Positions 13,908 through 27,965 of a DNA stretch of 64,000 nucleotides are shown one piece after another (position 1 is the first letter of the stretch; every line of letters starts with the position of its first letter). The notes under the pieces were generated by a model. The model saw only the letters and a program-made list of their open reading frames with translations, had not been told where the DNA came from and ran no database searches. The DNA is from Eledone cirrhosa. Lineage: Eukaryota. Both the position numbers and the translations under genes were made by a program. Location of the stretch: contig OZ024743.1 of NCBI GenBank assembly GCA_964016885.1, forward strand, positions 95,108,001-95,172,000, in the 5' to 3' direction.

Positions 13908-14711
13908 ACGGGTCTAGAAACATCTGACTGATAACATGACAAATCAGTCAATCATATTGGTGGCTTCCCCACAGCCCCGTTATTAGATAAACAGGTTTTA
14001 AGGGTCAATGTAATTGCTATTAACATACGTATAGAACGGCACAGAACCTCTTAACTCTCGATGGAGACATTGGGGTGCCATTTAAACATGGCAGAGCACG
14101 CCTCTCACCAGATCTGAACATAGCCGACTTCTTCTGGAGAAAGAGTGAGGAAGTCAGGAAGAGACATAGAAAAAGAATTGACATTAGTATTAGGCAGATA
14201 CTTTATTTATCGACCTCGAAATGACGAAATACGAATTCGAACTCAGAGCTCATGGAACCAAAACAAATGTCGCAAAACATTTTATACCACATTCCAACGG
14301 CTGTCAGTTCGTTGATGTTGAGTGTGTATTTATTATATTTGTTTGTTCACGTTTCTAGCAATACACACTTCTAATATGTAGTCGCAGACTGGTCGATTTG
14401 TTAAGAGGTTCGCATCTAAGCCTTAGCTCTCGGGTTCGTTCACAGCACGTGGAAACCTGGGCTTGTACCATTTACTCCGTATTCGGGCCGATCCTTTCAT
14501 TGTGGGTAAAATTGGTGTCAGAAACTGTTGATAGTTCTGTTGGCGCCTCTAGGAATTCAACCAGTTTTTATGATGTAGTTTCGGTAATATATATGTTTAT
14601 TTAATATATATGCCTTGAGTTGTTTATTTTCAATTTTCAGTTGTTTATTAGTCTTTTAACCAGCGCGCACACACAAACACACACACACACACACACCAAC
14701 ACACCCACCCC

Positions 14712-14787
<76 letters not shown>

Positions 14788-14916
14788 ATCTAAATATAGT
14801 TTTTAAAGAATTCCCTTTCCTTTAAACCCATCAACCAATGACCCCCCACCCATCCCAATCACCACCCTCTTCTACCACCAGAAAATATATAAATACCGCC
14901 ATATTACATTGACAGT

Positions 14917-14969
14917 TGGCTTCCTGATGACGTCTTCCGAATGAAACAGTTCTAGTCCTGTTGAAGCCA
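14917..14969 (+). ncRNA. Type I hammerhead ribozyme motif (family also at 23918-23966 + and 36079-36129 -)
   Basis: tggcttc-CTGATGA-(short, weak stem II)-GAAA-cag ttctagtc ctg-TT^gaagcca; 7-bp stem I. The 36-kb copy has CTGGTGA and a GUA site. Confidence 0.65.
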
Positions 14970-15097
14970 TTTCTATATTAAATATTTATACTCTGCTATG
15001 TATTGAGTACCTTACTCTGTCTCTCCTCCCCCTCTCTCTCCACACACACACCCACATACACACATATATATATATATTTGCAATATATTATATAACA

Positions 15098-15710
15098 GGG
15101 CGGTGGATTGGCAGTATCGGTAGAGGTTCGGACGCCATGCTTTGACGCATAGAGTTACGGCCCTTGCCATTCTGAGTTCAAATCCCGCCGAGGTTAACTT
15201 TGCCTTTCATCCTTACGGGGTCGATAAAATAAAGTACCAGTAATGTACTGGGTAATTTTCTGGCCTTGTGCCAATAGTAGAAACAATTATATAACAGGGC
15301 GGTGGATTGGCAGTATCTATAGAGAGTCGGACGCCATGCTTTGCAGCACAGTCACGTCCCTTTATGGTCTGAGTTCAAATCCCGCCAAGGTTAACTATGC
15401 CTTTCATCCTTACAGGGTCGATAAAATAAAGTACCAGTAATACACTGGGATAATTGCTGGCCTTGTTCCAAAAGTAGAAACAATTATATAACATATATGT
15501 TTATAGAGGTCCATGTCAGTCTGGTTGCAATCGCTACCCATGTATATATCATATGATCGTTATGTTATATAATTGTTTCTACGTTAGGCACAAGGCCAGA
15601 AATTGCCCAGTGTATTACTGGTACTTTATTTTATCGACCCCGTAAGGATGAAAGGCAAAGTTAACCTTGGCGGGATTTGAACTCAGAATGGCAAGGGCCG
15701 TAACTCTATA
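15098..15710. mobile_element. Nin-SINE cluster: tandem + copies 15098-15290 and 15297-15488, - copy 15570-15710
   Basis: gggcggtggattggcagtatcggtagag...gagttcaaatcccgccgaggttaactttgcctttcatccttacggggtcgataaaataaagtaccag...gtagaaacaattat. Confidence 0.85.
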
Positions 15711-15910
15711 CGTATATCTTATATAATGAATGCATATACTTCAGAGAAAGGGAATAATAGTTTCTATATTATACAATAGCAGATCAACATCGCTGTCGTA
15801 TATATTCAATTTGAACAACCTTGGGTTATCGACAACACGCTAAATATGGGCAAGATGGGATTTCAAGCTGGTTGCAGTTGATTTGATCGTATAGTGAATA
15901 CGGTACGCAG

Positions 15911-16347
15911 CTGGCAAGTTGACCTGAGATCTGGCAAGTTGAGATCTGGTAAGTTGAGCTGAGATCTGGCAAGTTGAGATCTGGTAAGTTGAGCTGAGAT
16001 CTGGCAAGTTGAGATCTGGTAAGTTGAGCTGAGATCTGGTAAGTTGAGCTAAGATCTGGTAAGTTGAGCTGAGATCTGGCAAGTGCAGTTGAGATCTGGC
16101 AAGTTGAGATCTGGTAAGTTGAGATTTAGTAAGTGCAGCTGAGATCTGGCAAGTTAAGACCTGGAAATTTGAGATCTGGCAATTTGTGACCTGGCAATTT
16201 GTGACCTGGCAATTTGTGACCTGGCAAGTTGTAACCTGGCAATTTGTGACCTGGCAATTTGTGACCTGGCAATTTGTGACCTGGCAATTGGTGATCTGGC
16301 AATTTGTGACCTGGCAATTTGTGACCTGGCAATTGGTGACCTGGCAA
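15911..16347. repeat. 15/20-bp minisatellite (gagatctggcaagtt grading into gtgacctggcaattt)
   Basis: Direct tandem units with gradual sequence change along the array. Confidence 0.92.
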
Positions 16348-16386
16348 GAAGTTTTGGAGTGTATTGGTGTGTATTTGTCTAAGGGA

Positions 16387-17000
16387 AGGGTATAAAATAG
16401 CATGTATCTCCGCAGGGTATATACTAGTATGTCTCTCCGCAGGGTATAGAGTAGCATGTATCTCCGCAGGGTATAGGGTAGCATGTATCTCCGCAGGGTA
16501 TAGAGTAGCATGTATCTCCGCAGGGAATAGAGTAGCATGTATCTCCGCAGGGTATTGAGTAGCATGTATCTCCCCAGGGTATATAGTAGTGTGTATCTCC
16601 GCAGGGTATAGAGTAGGATGTATCTCCGCAGGGTATATAGTAGCATGTATCTCCGCAGGGTGTATAGTAGTATGTATCTCCGGAGGGTATAGAGTAGCAT
16701 GTATCTCCGCAGGGTATAGAGCAGCATGTATCTCCGCAGGGTATAGAGTAACATGTATATCCGCAGGGTATAGAGTAGTGTGTATCTCCGCAGGGTATAG
16801 AGCAGCATGTATCTCCGCAGGGTATATAGTAGCATGTATCTCCGCAGGGTATATAGTAGCATGTATCTCCGCAGGGTATATAGTAGCATGTATATCCGCA
16901 GGGTATATAGTAGCATGTATCTCCGCAGGGTATATAGTAGCATGTATCTCCGCAGGGTATATAGTAGCATGTATCTCCGCAGGGTATATAGTAGTATGTA
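16387..17000. repeat. 27-bp minisatellite (gtagcatgtatctccgcagggtatata)n, ~22 units
   Basis: Direct tandem repetition; explains the YPAEIHAT / LLYTLRRY ORFs. Confidence 0.95.
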
Positions 17001-17214
17001 TGTCTGCTTCAAAGTGAAGCAAAAAGCTGGCCGAACTTGTGCGTTACACACCTACCCATAGATTGCAGTATACGCAATATGTAAATCAATGATCATGTCA
17101 TGTGACATTGTGGCAACGTTTATCCATGACTCATCCTCACCAATGCGGCATAGCAATAACAGATGAAGAAGGCCGAGCTGACACGAGATTACATATGTTC
17201 GGCTCAGATTGATT

Positions 17215-17294
17215 TGAATACTATAGACCATAAATGAATACTATAGACCATAAATGAATACTATAGACCATAAATGAATACTATCGACCATAAA
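17215..17294. repeat. 20-bp tandem repeat x4 (tgaatactatagaccataaa)
   Basis: Seen directly. Confidence 0.9.
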
Positions 17295-18046
17295 ATTCCG
17301 GAACGTTTTGGGTGCAGAAACACCAGCAATAAAACTGGTGTTGCAGTGCAGAAAATCAAGTTGGTACACGCCTGCCATAAATATTCGCAAGAGAACTTTA
17401 CACCCGAAAGAGCTGGAACGTCAAAGAATGAAAAAAAGAAAGAATCCTAATACCATGTCTTCAGATCTAGTTACCTTGGCTACAAAAGCCGACGACAATT
17501 GTTTCTCTCTGTGTAGTTTAATACCAGTAGTTTAATACAATTACCTTGGAGTAAGAAGGAGAAAATAGAGATTGGCAAGAGTGGCAAACTTTCAGAGAAA
17601 ATGAAGAAAAAAGTGAACCCAACGGAGGGGAAAGTAAAAACGTACGAGAAGCTCGTCTCCTTCCGGTATTATATATAAAGTTCTTCCAGTAGCTAATAAG
17701 AAATTGATGCCGGCTTTCAAAGTTATACAAAACGACGAAGGTAAGGGCGAAGTACAGATTGAAGAAGAAATAGCCTTTGATGATGTGAGGTATGTTTGAG
17801 AAAGACGGTTGATAAACATCACTCTTAAAATCATCGAGAAATTATATTTTAGCTCCCAAGAGAACGAGGGCTTTTTCTCATCCACACAGACGACTGAGCT
17901 CCCCATGACTACATTTCACACTAAACCTTTTCAGTACATGTTTCTGAAAATGGCCAGGATTCTGACCTACTTTGATCAAATCCAAGTGGAAACTTCTTAT
18001 CTGTATGACGATGGGGTGGTTTCATTTGTTTCATATATTATACATA

Positions 18047-18135
<89 letters not shown>

Positions 18136-18502
18136 AGTGAGGTTTTTTTACAAAATAAAAAATAACCGAGGTGTCCTACACGAGTGAAAGTATAAAGAAA
18201 AAAAGATGAAATCGAAAATGTAACTGGAGTCTTATTTAAAAAAATATATATATATTTATTTGGTTCCTTTACCGGTTTCGCAGTTCTTCTGCTTTTCAAA
18301 AGTAGAGTTGAGATGGAGGGTCTGTGATTTTTCTCACATCCCATATATATATATATATATATATATGTGCGAGAAAAACTACAAGCCCTCCATCTCAATT
18401 CTACTTTTGAAAAGCACAAGAACTGCGAAACCGGTAGAGGAGCCAAGTATATATATATTAAAAAATAAATACTCCAGTTGCATTTTCGATTTCATCTTTT
18501 TT

Positions 18503-18736
<234 letters not shown>

Positions 18737-19504
18737 TTGCATATATATATCATTGCAATGATATATATATATATATATATATATATGGAAAAAAGATGAA
18801 ATGGGAAATGCAATATATATATACACGTGTGTGTTAATTTACTTATTTGTTCAAATAAAAGAGAACTATGTGATAATACATTGTGTAGCGTTCTAGCACT
18901 ATCCTTCGGTTTTATTTAACGAGGTATGCACCATCTTTCAGCATCTTATATATGTATGAATAGGTCCTGGTTTCAAAATATAAGAAATTATTATTACTAC
19001 ATTTTCCTTTGATTTCGCTTTATATGCAATGATTGCCGATTAAGGACACGCATCGTTGATTTTGACATTTTTCGGGAAGAAATTGTGAAAATAAATATAG
19101 AAAGGTAAGAGTGGGAGGAGATAAAAAGAATGAAGGAGTTTAACATATATGAATTAATATTGCATGAAGGGTATTTGAATGGTAGTATATATCAAAGAAA
19201 TGTTCTATAAAAAATAAACAAAAAAGACAAAAATAACGAAGAATGTGGGTGGTACTTATAGAACTATCTTTTGGATTTCATAGATGCTAGATTTACCAGG
19301 TATGTTTTCTACATTTGGACACCTTTTATTATGAAATCTACTGCTCCAATCGCACCCGGAATAGGGGGGGGGGGGGTTAAAGTGTCACATTCTGTTTATA
19401 TCAATTTCTAGATATTTATATTTTGCAAGCTTTTCATTCTCTTTTGCTGACACTGACGGTAGTCATGTCAATGAGTAAGAAGGTCATCTTTTAAAAATCT
19501 TAAA

Positions 19505-19965
19505 TAATTGTTTCTACTTTTGGCACAAGGCCAGCAATTACCCAGTGCATTACTGGTACTTTATTTTATCGACCCCTTAAGGATGAAAGGCAAGGTTAAC
19601 CTCGACGGGATTTGAACTCAGAATGGCAAGGGCCGTAACTCTATGCGTCAAAGCATGGCGTCCGACCTCTACCGATACTGCCAATCCACCGCTCCTTAAA
19701 AAATCTTAAATAATAACATCAGGGTGGTTTGCATATTATCATGAAAGCGGTTGATTGGCAGTATCGGTAGAGCGTCAGACACCATGCTTTGCAGCATACA
19801 ATTATGGTCCTTTACGTTCTGAGTTTTAATTCTGCCGAGGTTGGCCTTGCCTTTAATCCTTACGGGGTCGATAGAATAAAGTACCAGTAACGTACTGGGG
19901 TCGATTTAATCGACTTGCCCCTCCCTCTAAATTGGTGGCCTTGTGCCTATAGTAGAAACAATTAT
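19505..19965. mobile_element. Divergent pair of Nin-SINEs (- 19505-19695, + 19745-19965)
   Basis: Same consensus as 15098-15290. Confidence 0.85.
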
Positions 19966-20134
19966 TGATATTATCTTTGTGTGACATTGCTCAGTAAGTT
20001 TTGTTAATTTTCACGTGTTTACATGACATTTCTTTATTGGTATTTTTTCAGGCTTACTGGCGTAAACAATGGAGTAGATACACTCGTCATAGAACCAGCT
20101 GTCACGTGACAGGCCGACAGTAATGAGGAAGAGG

Positions 20135-20555
20135 GCTATCCCTCATCAACCTTTTTAAGTTTTACCTGGAAAGGAAAGTGAGAGTGGAGAGAGAAGTGCT
20201 GCCTCCCACCCAATACATTTGCTAAAAGGTGGGAGAATGTGGCGAGAATGGCCCCTTTGAATGGGCCTGCACCGAACATGTGCCAATAGACTGGTTTATT
20301 TGAGGGGGAGAGGAGCGCCCTTCCTGGGTGCCCTCGAAACGTCGGGTGGTTCAGGAATTGGTGGAGTATCTGAGTCGACCCTGGGTGGTTATACCCTGTA
20401 TTGGGGAACGCTGTTGTTTGTATTTTTCTTGTTTATTGTTATTTTTTAAATCGATTTTGTGTAAACCTTCCCCCGTCCTTGTCTATTATATTGTCCCCTA
20501 TATGCCGACCCTTGTGGCCAATAAGTAAAACCATTATTTTATTATTATTGTTATA
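20135..20555 (+). mobile_element. L1/Tx1-like LINE 3' end with (ATT)n tail
   Basis: Reads LINLFKFYLERKVRVEREVL...FAKRWENVARM, then a 3' UTR ending gtggccaataagtaaaaccattattttattattatt. Clade assignment is by resemblance only. Confidence 0.55.
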
Positions 20556-21794
20556 AGAATAATTATTTTATATTTTGATTTTACTAGACCAGTATGGAGA
20601 CTAGTCCGAGAAGATTGGATGTTTTCCAAATTAATTTGAACAATAATAGCTTCTTAAAATTATTTTCAAGCCAGAAAATTCCCGAAAATTCCCGAAATAG
20701 AGTAGAGAAAATATCTTTTAAAATCATATTGTATTTTTACTTCATGTTTGCAGTCATTTCAATATGGCTTTTTGTTCTACTGGGGCGAGAAATATTCTCC
20801 AATATATTAATAATCATAACACAGAATACAACAGGGGAAAAACTAGAAACCAAAGTCAGTTAATCATACAGATACTTACATTTTTTTTTCAAATGAAATA
20901 TATAATGACACTTTAACAAATGAAAACATAAATTTATACGACACAAACAAAATACATTAACAAGGATATCTCTTTTGCTAGCTTTACTAAACAAACAGAT
21001 ATTTTAAACATTGAAGAAAAAACATGACAGTGATCCGTCGCTAAAGAAAGTGTCGCCTTAACAAACACGGATGAAAATTATATCTTAGATTCGTAAAAGA
21101 GGAGCGGGGTTTCAAAATTATAATTTAACGCATTGCTGAAAAATCCCTAATTCACGTATGGGATCTTGTTCCAGCTACTGCTCTAGGTAGTGTCTGATTG
21201 GTTTTCAAAGGTGAGGTTAAGGCAATCCTGGTGTGTCATAGACCTGCTCATAATCCGTTGCCCTACTGCAAAGGACAAGGTAACACAAGTGTTAATGTGA
21301 ACAACGTTGGTAGTGATGTTGACTTTGGTTTTATGACCAGCATTGTGGCAGAGCATAGCCAGGTGGGGGATACTGAGATTGTAAGATATGACATTATGGT
21401 GAAGTTTGTATAGACACAATGTTCCTAATAAGACTCACTTCGAAGATCACAAAGTTATTCAGGAGTTGTGTCCTATTGTGGGTGCAGATGGAAAAGTGAT
21501 AGGACTGGTTGTGTAGGGTAGTATGTCCTATGTTTACACGTGTCGCAGTTAGAGTCATGAAAGCGTTCTGTTATGAGGAGGAGCTAGTAAGGCAACAATA
21601 ACAGGAGCAAGTCGCAGAGGTTGCTGTATCCAGGGTATCAAGAGTCAAACCGCGGATTGCAGCTCCAATGACAACAGAAAAAATAAATTCTACATTGGAA
21701 ACGAACGATGTTCTTGCAGTCTATATTTGTAATGAATTCCATTTGTTGCAACTGTGGCAAATGAATAATCGATTTTGTTATTACCATTGTTGAT

Positions 21795-22332
21795 ATGTTC
21801 AAATCCTGACTAGGTTAGCTACGCCTTTCATCCTTACGGGGGTCGATAAAATACCAGTAACGCACTGGGGTCAAACTGGTCGACTTCTCTCCCCCAAAGT
21901 TGTTGGCCTTGGGCCTAAATCAGAAACAATTATTATTATTATCTGGTGGATTAGCAGTATCGGTAGAGGGTCGGACGCCATGCTTTGACACACAGAGTTA
22001 CGGCCCTTGCCATTCTGAGTTCAAATCCAGCCGAGGTTAACTTTGCCTTTCATCCTTACGGGTCGATAAAATAAAGTACCAGTAATGTACTGGGTATTTT
22101 GCTGGCCTTGTGCCAAAAGTAGAAACAATTATTATTATTATCTGGTGGATTAGCAGTATCGGTAGAGGGTCGGACGCCATGCTTTGACATACAGATTTAC
22201 GGCCCTTGCCATTCTGAATTCAAATCCCGTCGAGGTTAACTTTGCCTTTCATGCTTACGGGGTCGATAAAATAAAGTACCAGTAATGCACTGGATAATTG
22301 CTGGCCTTGTGCCAGAAGTAGAAACAATTATT
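21795..22332 (+). mobile_element. Tandem array of three Nin-SINEs
   Basis: Copies at ~21795-21935 (partial), 21944-22135 and 22143-22332, separated by (att)n. Confidence 0.85.
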
Positions 22333-22443
22333 TAGGTTTGGCTCCTATGGTATACTGCCAATATCAAGAGAAAGAGCAGATTGGAAATAGAGGGGGAAAT
22401 AAATGAGAGAAGGAGAAAGAAACAAACGGAGAGAATGAGAAAG

Positions 22444-22462
22444 AGGGAGAGAGGGAGAGAGA

Positions 22463-22512
<50 letters not shown>

Positions 22513-22590
22513 GAGAGACGGAGAGAGCGAGTGAGACAGAGAGAGAGAGAAAGAGAGAGGGTGAGAGAGACAGAGAGACATAAAGGGAGA

Positions 22591-22638
<48 letters not shown>
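22444..22638. repeat. (GA)n microsatellite
   Basis: Seen directly. Confidence 0.95.
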
Positions 22639-22675
22639 GTGGGGAAAAGTTGTTTAATAAGAAGGTTTACTGCAA

Positions 22676-22863
22676 TAATTGTTTCTACTATTGGCACAAG
22701 GCCAGCAATTACCCAGTACATTACTGGTACTTTATTTTATCGACCCCGTAAGGATAAAAGGCAAAGTTAACCTCGGCAGGATTTGAACTCAGTCCGTAAA
22801 GGGACATAACTGTGCTGCAAAGCATGGCGTCCGACCCTCTACCGATACTGCCAATCCACCGCC
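22676..22863 (-). mobile_element. Nin-SINE
   Basis: Reverse complement of the consensus. Confidence 0.85.
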
Positions 22864-23252
22864 GGTTTACTGCAATAATGGAATGATGTGGTGTGAAATA
22901 ATAAAAGAGATCAGTATAAATAATTTGACAGAAGATAGGAGGAGAGGAGCACGACATAGAGTTGGAAACTGATGACATACAGTGAGATACAGTATGTATC
23001 TTCATGACATACAGTGAGATACAGTATGTAGCTTCAGGACATACATTGAGATACTCTGTTATTGAAAGTGCAGTAAATATTACATCACAAAAATAGAATG
23101 TTGGTAGAGAAAACTGAAAACATTGAAACACATCTTTTACGATTCTATTTTGCAAAGATTAAAAACATATATGAAAAATCACAGACGTCAGTATATGAAA
23201 TGAATGTGTCATCTAATACATTATACATACATACATAGATATATACATATAT

Positions 23253-23315
<63 letters not shown>

Positions 23316-23352
23316 GTATTAATGTACTCAACCTTGAGGATCTTTTCATATA

Positions 23353-23428
<76 letters not shown>

Positions 23429-23834
23429 TATATGCATATATATGCATATACAAATACATACACACATATATATATATATATGTATTAGGAACGAGGAACG
23501 ATCAACTTTCGTCAAATCGGACCGAGGAGACAATGTTTCCGTTGGTCTTTCCAATAGCTAATACTATCTATCGGTCGCAACTCTGGTAGAAGGAGCAACG
23601 TGAAAACCCCGGTTGATGGATGTGAATCCGAAATATATAGGGACAATTAAATTCATTCCTCTACACGCTACAGTCTTATACACGCCACGCATCTCAACGT
23701 ACACCCACTTACATCTCACTCTGCACCAACGGATCTTGTTACCCGGAGATTTACCCATCTGCATTGTCGAGGCTTCCAAACGACTTAAAGATATTTACCT
23801 TATTATTCGACAATGCTTCAAGCAAACTTCAATA

Positions 23835-23886
<52 letters not shown>

Positions 23887-24446
23887 TTATTCCGGGTTCA
23901 ATCGGGGCTAACCACATGCTTCCTGATGATTTCTCACGAATGAAACAGTTCTAGTTCTGTAGACGCTTTTCTATATTAAATTATTAAATATATATATATA
24001 TATATATATAGGTGAGTTCTTTTACGGGAATTCACCCGGAGGTAAGTGAGCCCGTATCGAATCAATCTAATTTTGGCAATGAATATCTGAAGCTTCAACT
24101 CCATTCGACCAGAAAGCTGGCCTCTTATTGGTCTTTGGTAAATTTATTTACGCCTATTAGTCGCTGCATAGGATGCAAAATGTTTTACTTTCTTAACCCC
24201 CTGAGTAGCCCTTTGTTCCGATTCATACAATCTGTCTGCAAACATTTTAAACGGGTGAGCAGACATGTCCAATACAAGTGATTCATAACGTGACATGGGC
24301 CCCAAATTTCTGATGAAATCATAAGGGCGCAGTGGTGACATATGTTTTGGGTATTTTCAAACCTGGCGGAGACCATCCTCTTCAGGTTTGAACGTAATCG
24401 ATTTCTTCTAGAGAAGGATAGACAAAGAAAGAAAGATAAATAGATA

Positions 24447-24484
<38 letters not shown>

Positions 24485-24503
24485 GATTGATAGATAGACA
24501 AAC

Positions 24504-24557
<54 letters not shown>

Positions 24558-24880
24558 GTAGATAGGGAGAGTGAGAGTGAGAAGAATCGACTCTAACATT
24601 GGATTGGAACCTCATCGTCCTCGAAGAGATGACAGTTTGATATCCAATCGCAGAAATCCTACCCAAATACCACTAAACATTGTAACGTTCAAACGACTCT
24701 GATAATTCAAATTGAAATCACACGATCAAGACACAAACCAGCTATTAGAACAACGGGGATATCTGCTTGATTAACTCCATACTATTATATCTTTGAAGCT
24801 CTGAGTAATTGACGTAAATGTTACCTACTGTCCTCATATCTATATTGTAAGTAATGAATTGAGTGGTATCTTCTTTCGAT

Positions 24881-24918
<38 letters not shown>

Positions 24919-25001
24919 TATATATATATATATATACATATACACATATATATATACACACACAGATACATAAATGTGTGTGTGTATATATATATCTATC
25001 T

Positions 25002-25048
<47 letters not shown>

Positions 25049-25119
25049 TTGTGTGTGTACTATGTAATTCCAAAGCAAAGGAAAAAAGAGTGCTCTATGT
25101 ATAGAACAGAGCTATTTAA

Positions 25120-25341
25120 TTAGAAAGTGAACAACACAAAATATAACTACTCCATTACCAAAGGTTTCTGGATCACAGACTATAATAATAATAATATACG
25201 TCTGGATCGTTCGTCAGAGAGAGATGGTATATAACATCTCTGTTTGACGAACGATCCAGACTTATATTATTATTATTATCGTCTGTGATCCGGAAACCTT
25301 TGGTAATGGAGTAGTTATATTTTGTGTTGTTCACTTTCTAA
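25120..25341. mobile_element. Fold-back element with a hammerhead motif on each arm (- 25150-25223, + 25238-25311)
   Basis: + arm: ctctgt-TTGACGA-ac gatc cagac...gtctg t gatc cg-GAAA-cc ttt gg-TA^atggag. The - arm has canonical CTGACGA. Confidence 0.7.
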
Positions 25342-25342
25342 A

Positions 25343-26093
25343 TATATGGTCTTTAAAGCGATGAAATACCAATGATGGTTGGAAGATCACCGATGAAGGA
25401 CTAACTTTATTCATATGTAACCCATTAGCAACCACGCAGCACGTTTATTCTCATATTTACACATATATTTTTCCCCGCTGTGACACGTCTATTTCGTTCT
25501 TACTGCTTCCTCTTTCTCTGTATCTTTACCCTCTCTAGCAGTCACTCTCTCTGTTAGCCTCTTCCTCACCCTTCACTCACTCATTCTCTGTTACTACCTC
25601 TCTTCCTCCTCCTTCTTCCCGTTTGACCTGTGCGTAATTCTTTTCTTTCGCACCCTAGGTCTGGCAGGTCGCTTTTTTTTCTCTCTCTCGTCTACGATTT
25701 CACAGAACTTACGTTCACCGTATTCACAGACTAGATCCCTTCTTCCTCCCGTTAGACCTGTACGGAATTCCTTCCTTGCTCACATTCCAACCAGGTTTGA
25801 TGGTCTTTATTCTCTCTCGTTCACGATTTCACCGAATTTAAATTCATAGAAATTTGGGACTTGACTCCTTCTTCTTCACTTTTCGTTGCTTCACCATCTT
25901 TGTTTGTTTACACTCGTGTCCTCTTTATTTACGTGTCCCAACGACTTTTTTTTAGCCGTTGCTCGCACCAACCGGAGGTATATGGTCTTTAAAGCGATGA
26001 AATACCAATGATGGTTGGAAGATCACTGATGAAGGATTAACTTTATTCATATGTAACCCATTAGCAACCACGCAGCACGTTTATTCTCATATT

Positions 26094-26098
<5 letters not shown>
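25343..26098 (+). repeat. Element with ~120-bp direct terminal repeats (25343-25465 / 25980-26098) ending in (TA)n
   Basis: atatggtctttaaagcgatgaaataccaatgatggttggaagatcac...ctcatatttaca is duplicated; pseudo-LTR-like. Confidence 0.65.
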
Positions 26099-26189
<91 letters not shown>

Positions 26190-26740
26190 CTTCGATATAT
26201 ATATATATTTATATATACACATCTTCGAAGTTAATGGTTCACCCGCCACGGCTACCATATTCTGCAGAGTACGTTCGATCAAATGACAAGAATTATTCAT
26301 AGATTCCCAAACATTAGGATCCGGGCATGATCTCTCAACCTGGCATCTTAGGCAATAATCATTTAACATAGGCACGTTGACATACATATATAGAATCATT
26401 ATAACATCTGACTGATAAAATGACAAGTCAGTCAATCATATTGGTGGCCTCCCCACATCTCCGGCGGACAGAGTCAGTATATACTGTGTCAGTAACAACA
26501 TAAGAACGACTAGACCGAAACTTTGGGAGTGAAGTTTTAAAAGCCTATAATTCAAAGAGATAATCATGTCAATCAAAATCTCACGGTGAATCGAACAACT
26601 GAAACACTCATCGTTGAAACCAACGAAGGTTCATTGCAGAATATTGCAGAAATGCCAAAGACACGAAGTGGATATAGAGTGAAATATTAGCTTCGAAAGA
26701 ATATATATATATATATTATATATATATATATTTATATATA

Positions 26741-27817
26741 AACGAGTAGGGACCCCGACGGCTGAGCTCAAGACGTTTCGGCGGCTAATTCTGGACAAAA
26801 TGAAAATTTTTATCCTGGTATATGAATAGCCGAGCTTCTCAGGGGGTAATTCCATATATGGTAAAAGTGATTGTCACAAGGATTGTGACATTAATTTTCC
26901 GTATCAAATTGTTCATATACTACGTACGAGCATTTATGTAGTTTGCACTAGAATTTTTGTATCGTAGCGGCACCCTTAGAGATAGTATTAGTATTCTTTT
27001 TCGGGATTCTGAATTATTATTTCGTATTAGTTTATTTTTTGCACTGGATGGTTGCTGGCCTTGGGCCTAGGGTAGAAACCATTATTTCGTATTAGTCTCC
27101 GGACTCTGAATTATTATTTCGTGGTTGTTTCTTTAGTATTTTGGCCCCCCACTTGTTGACCCGTCACCGTAAGATATACTCGGTTGATTACTACTACCTC
27201 TTAAAAGGGTCTCATTATAATTCCGTCCCACCTAGTAAACCTTTCTTAAGTCTAGCAGTACCAGTGAGAGACTTGATAGCTGTCTCTTAGGGTTATAGTA
27301 ACCAGAAATTGTTTTTTTCTATATTTAATTATTTTTTAATATTCTCGGTATTTTCTATATATTTACCCCATATTGTTTTACCCAAATTGTTTCTTATTCT
27401 TTCGACTTCCTCCCCCTCCCCCTCCCTAGTATACTTCCTTGACCTCCTGTCCTGCTGTAGTTGGCACTATCAACGCACGACTGGTTTCCTCCACCCCCTC
27501 TCCTCTTTCTTCTACTGGCAGGTTCAGCTAGCCCTTCCTTCCACAAATTGCCATGATAGAATTATGTGTCTCAACAACAAACTTTTGACCAATCCTTGTG
27601 ACAATCACTTTTACCATATATGGAATTACCCCCTGAGAAGCTCGGCTATTCATATACCAGGATAAAATTTTCATTTAGTCCAGAATTAGCCGTCGAAACG
27701 GCTTGAGCTCAGCCGTCGGGGGTCCTACTCGTTCCTATTACCCACTCTACTACCCTAAGTATTGAGTACTTTGGTGCGTTATGGTCCACCTGGTTCCTTA
27801 CCACATTTCCTTCGTTA
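26741..27817 (+). mobile_element. Non-coding PLE-like element with inverted 5' arm, flanked by (TA)n
   Basis: 26741-~26885 is the reverse complement of ~27592-27734. The 3' end ...ggttccttaccacatttccttcgt(TA)n is shared with copies at ~35698, ~44360 and ~50300. Confidence 0.75.
27628..27723 (+). ncRNA. Hammerhead-like motif with variant core CTGAGAA (also - 26752-26847 and - 50394-50489)
   Basis: acccc-CTGAGAA-gct cggcta...tagccg tc-GAAA-cggc ttgagctca gccg-TC^gggg. All three stems pair; GUC site after 27717. Confidence 0.65.
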
Positions 27818-27821
27818 TATA

Positions 27822-27889
<68 letters not shown>

Positions 27890-27965
27890 TTTTGCGAGGT
27901 TTTTGATATGAAATCGTGTGTCGAAACAAATATTGTTATACTTGGGGAAGGTCATATTTGTGTAA

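Noticed and set aside
16387-17000. 27-bp repeat array as a CRISPR array
   Set aside because: Units are contiguous with no unique spacers; eukaryotic context; no cas genes.
17540-18035. Purine-rich, coding-looking stretch
   Set aside because: Interrupted by stops, with no recognisable domain; possibly an old TE ORF. Needs BLASTX.
21183-21700. Non-repetitive short ORFs on both strands
   Set aside because: No recognisable motif or splice structure.
23607-23642. ccc-CGGTTGA-t-ggat gtga atcc-GAAA-tata-TA-ggg
   Set aside because: HHR-like geometry but two core substitutions in a single copy; probably a dead relic.
25388-26060. C(C/T)GATGAagg in the direct repeats as an HHR
   Set aside because: No downstream GAAA or UH site found.
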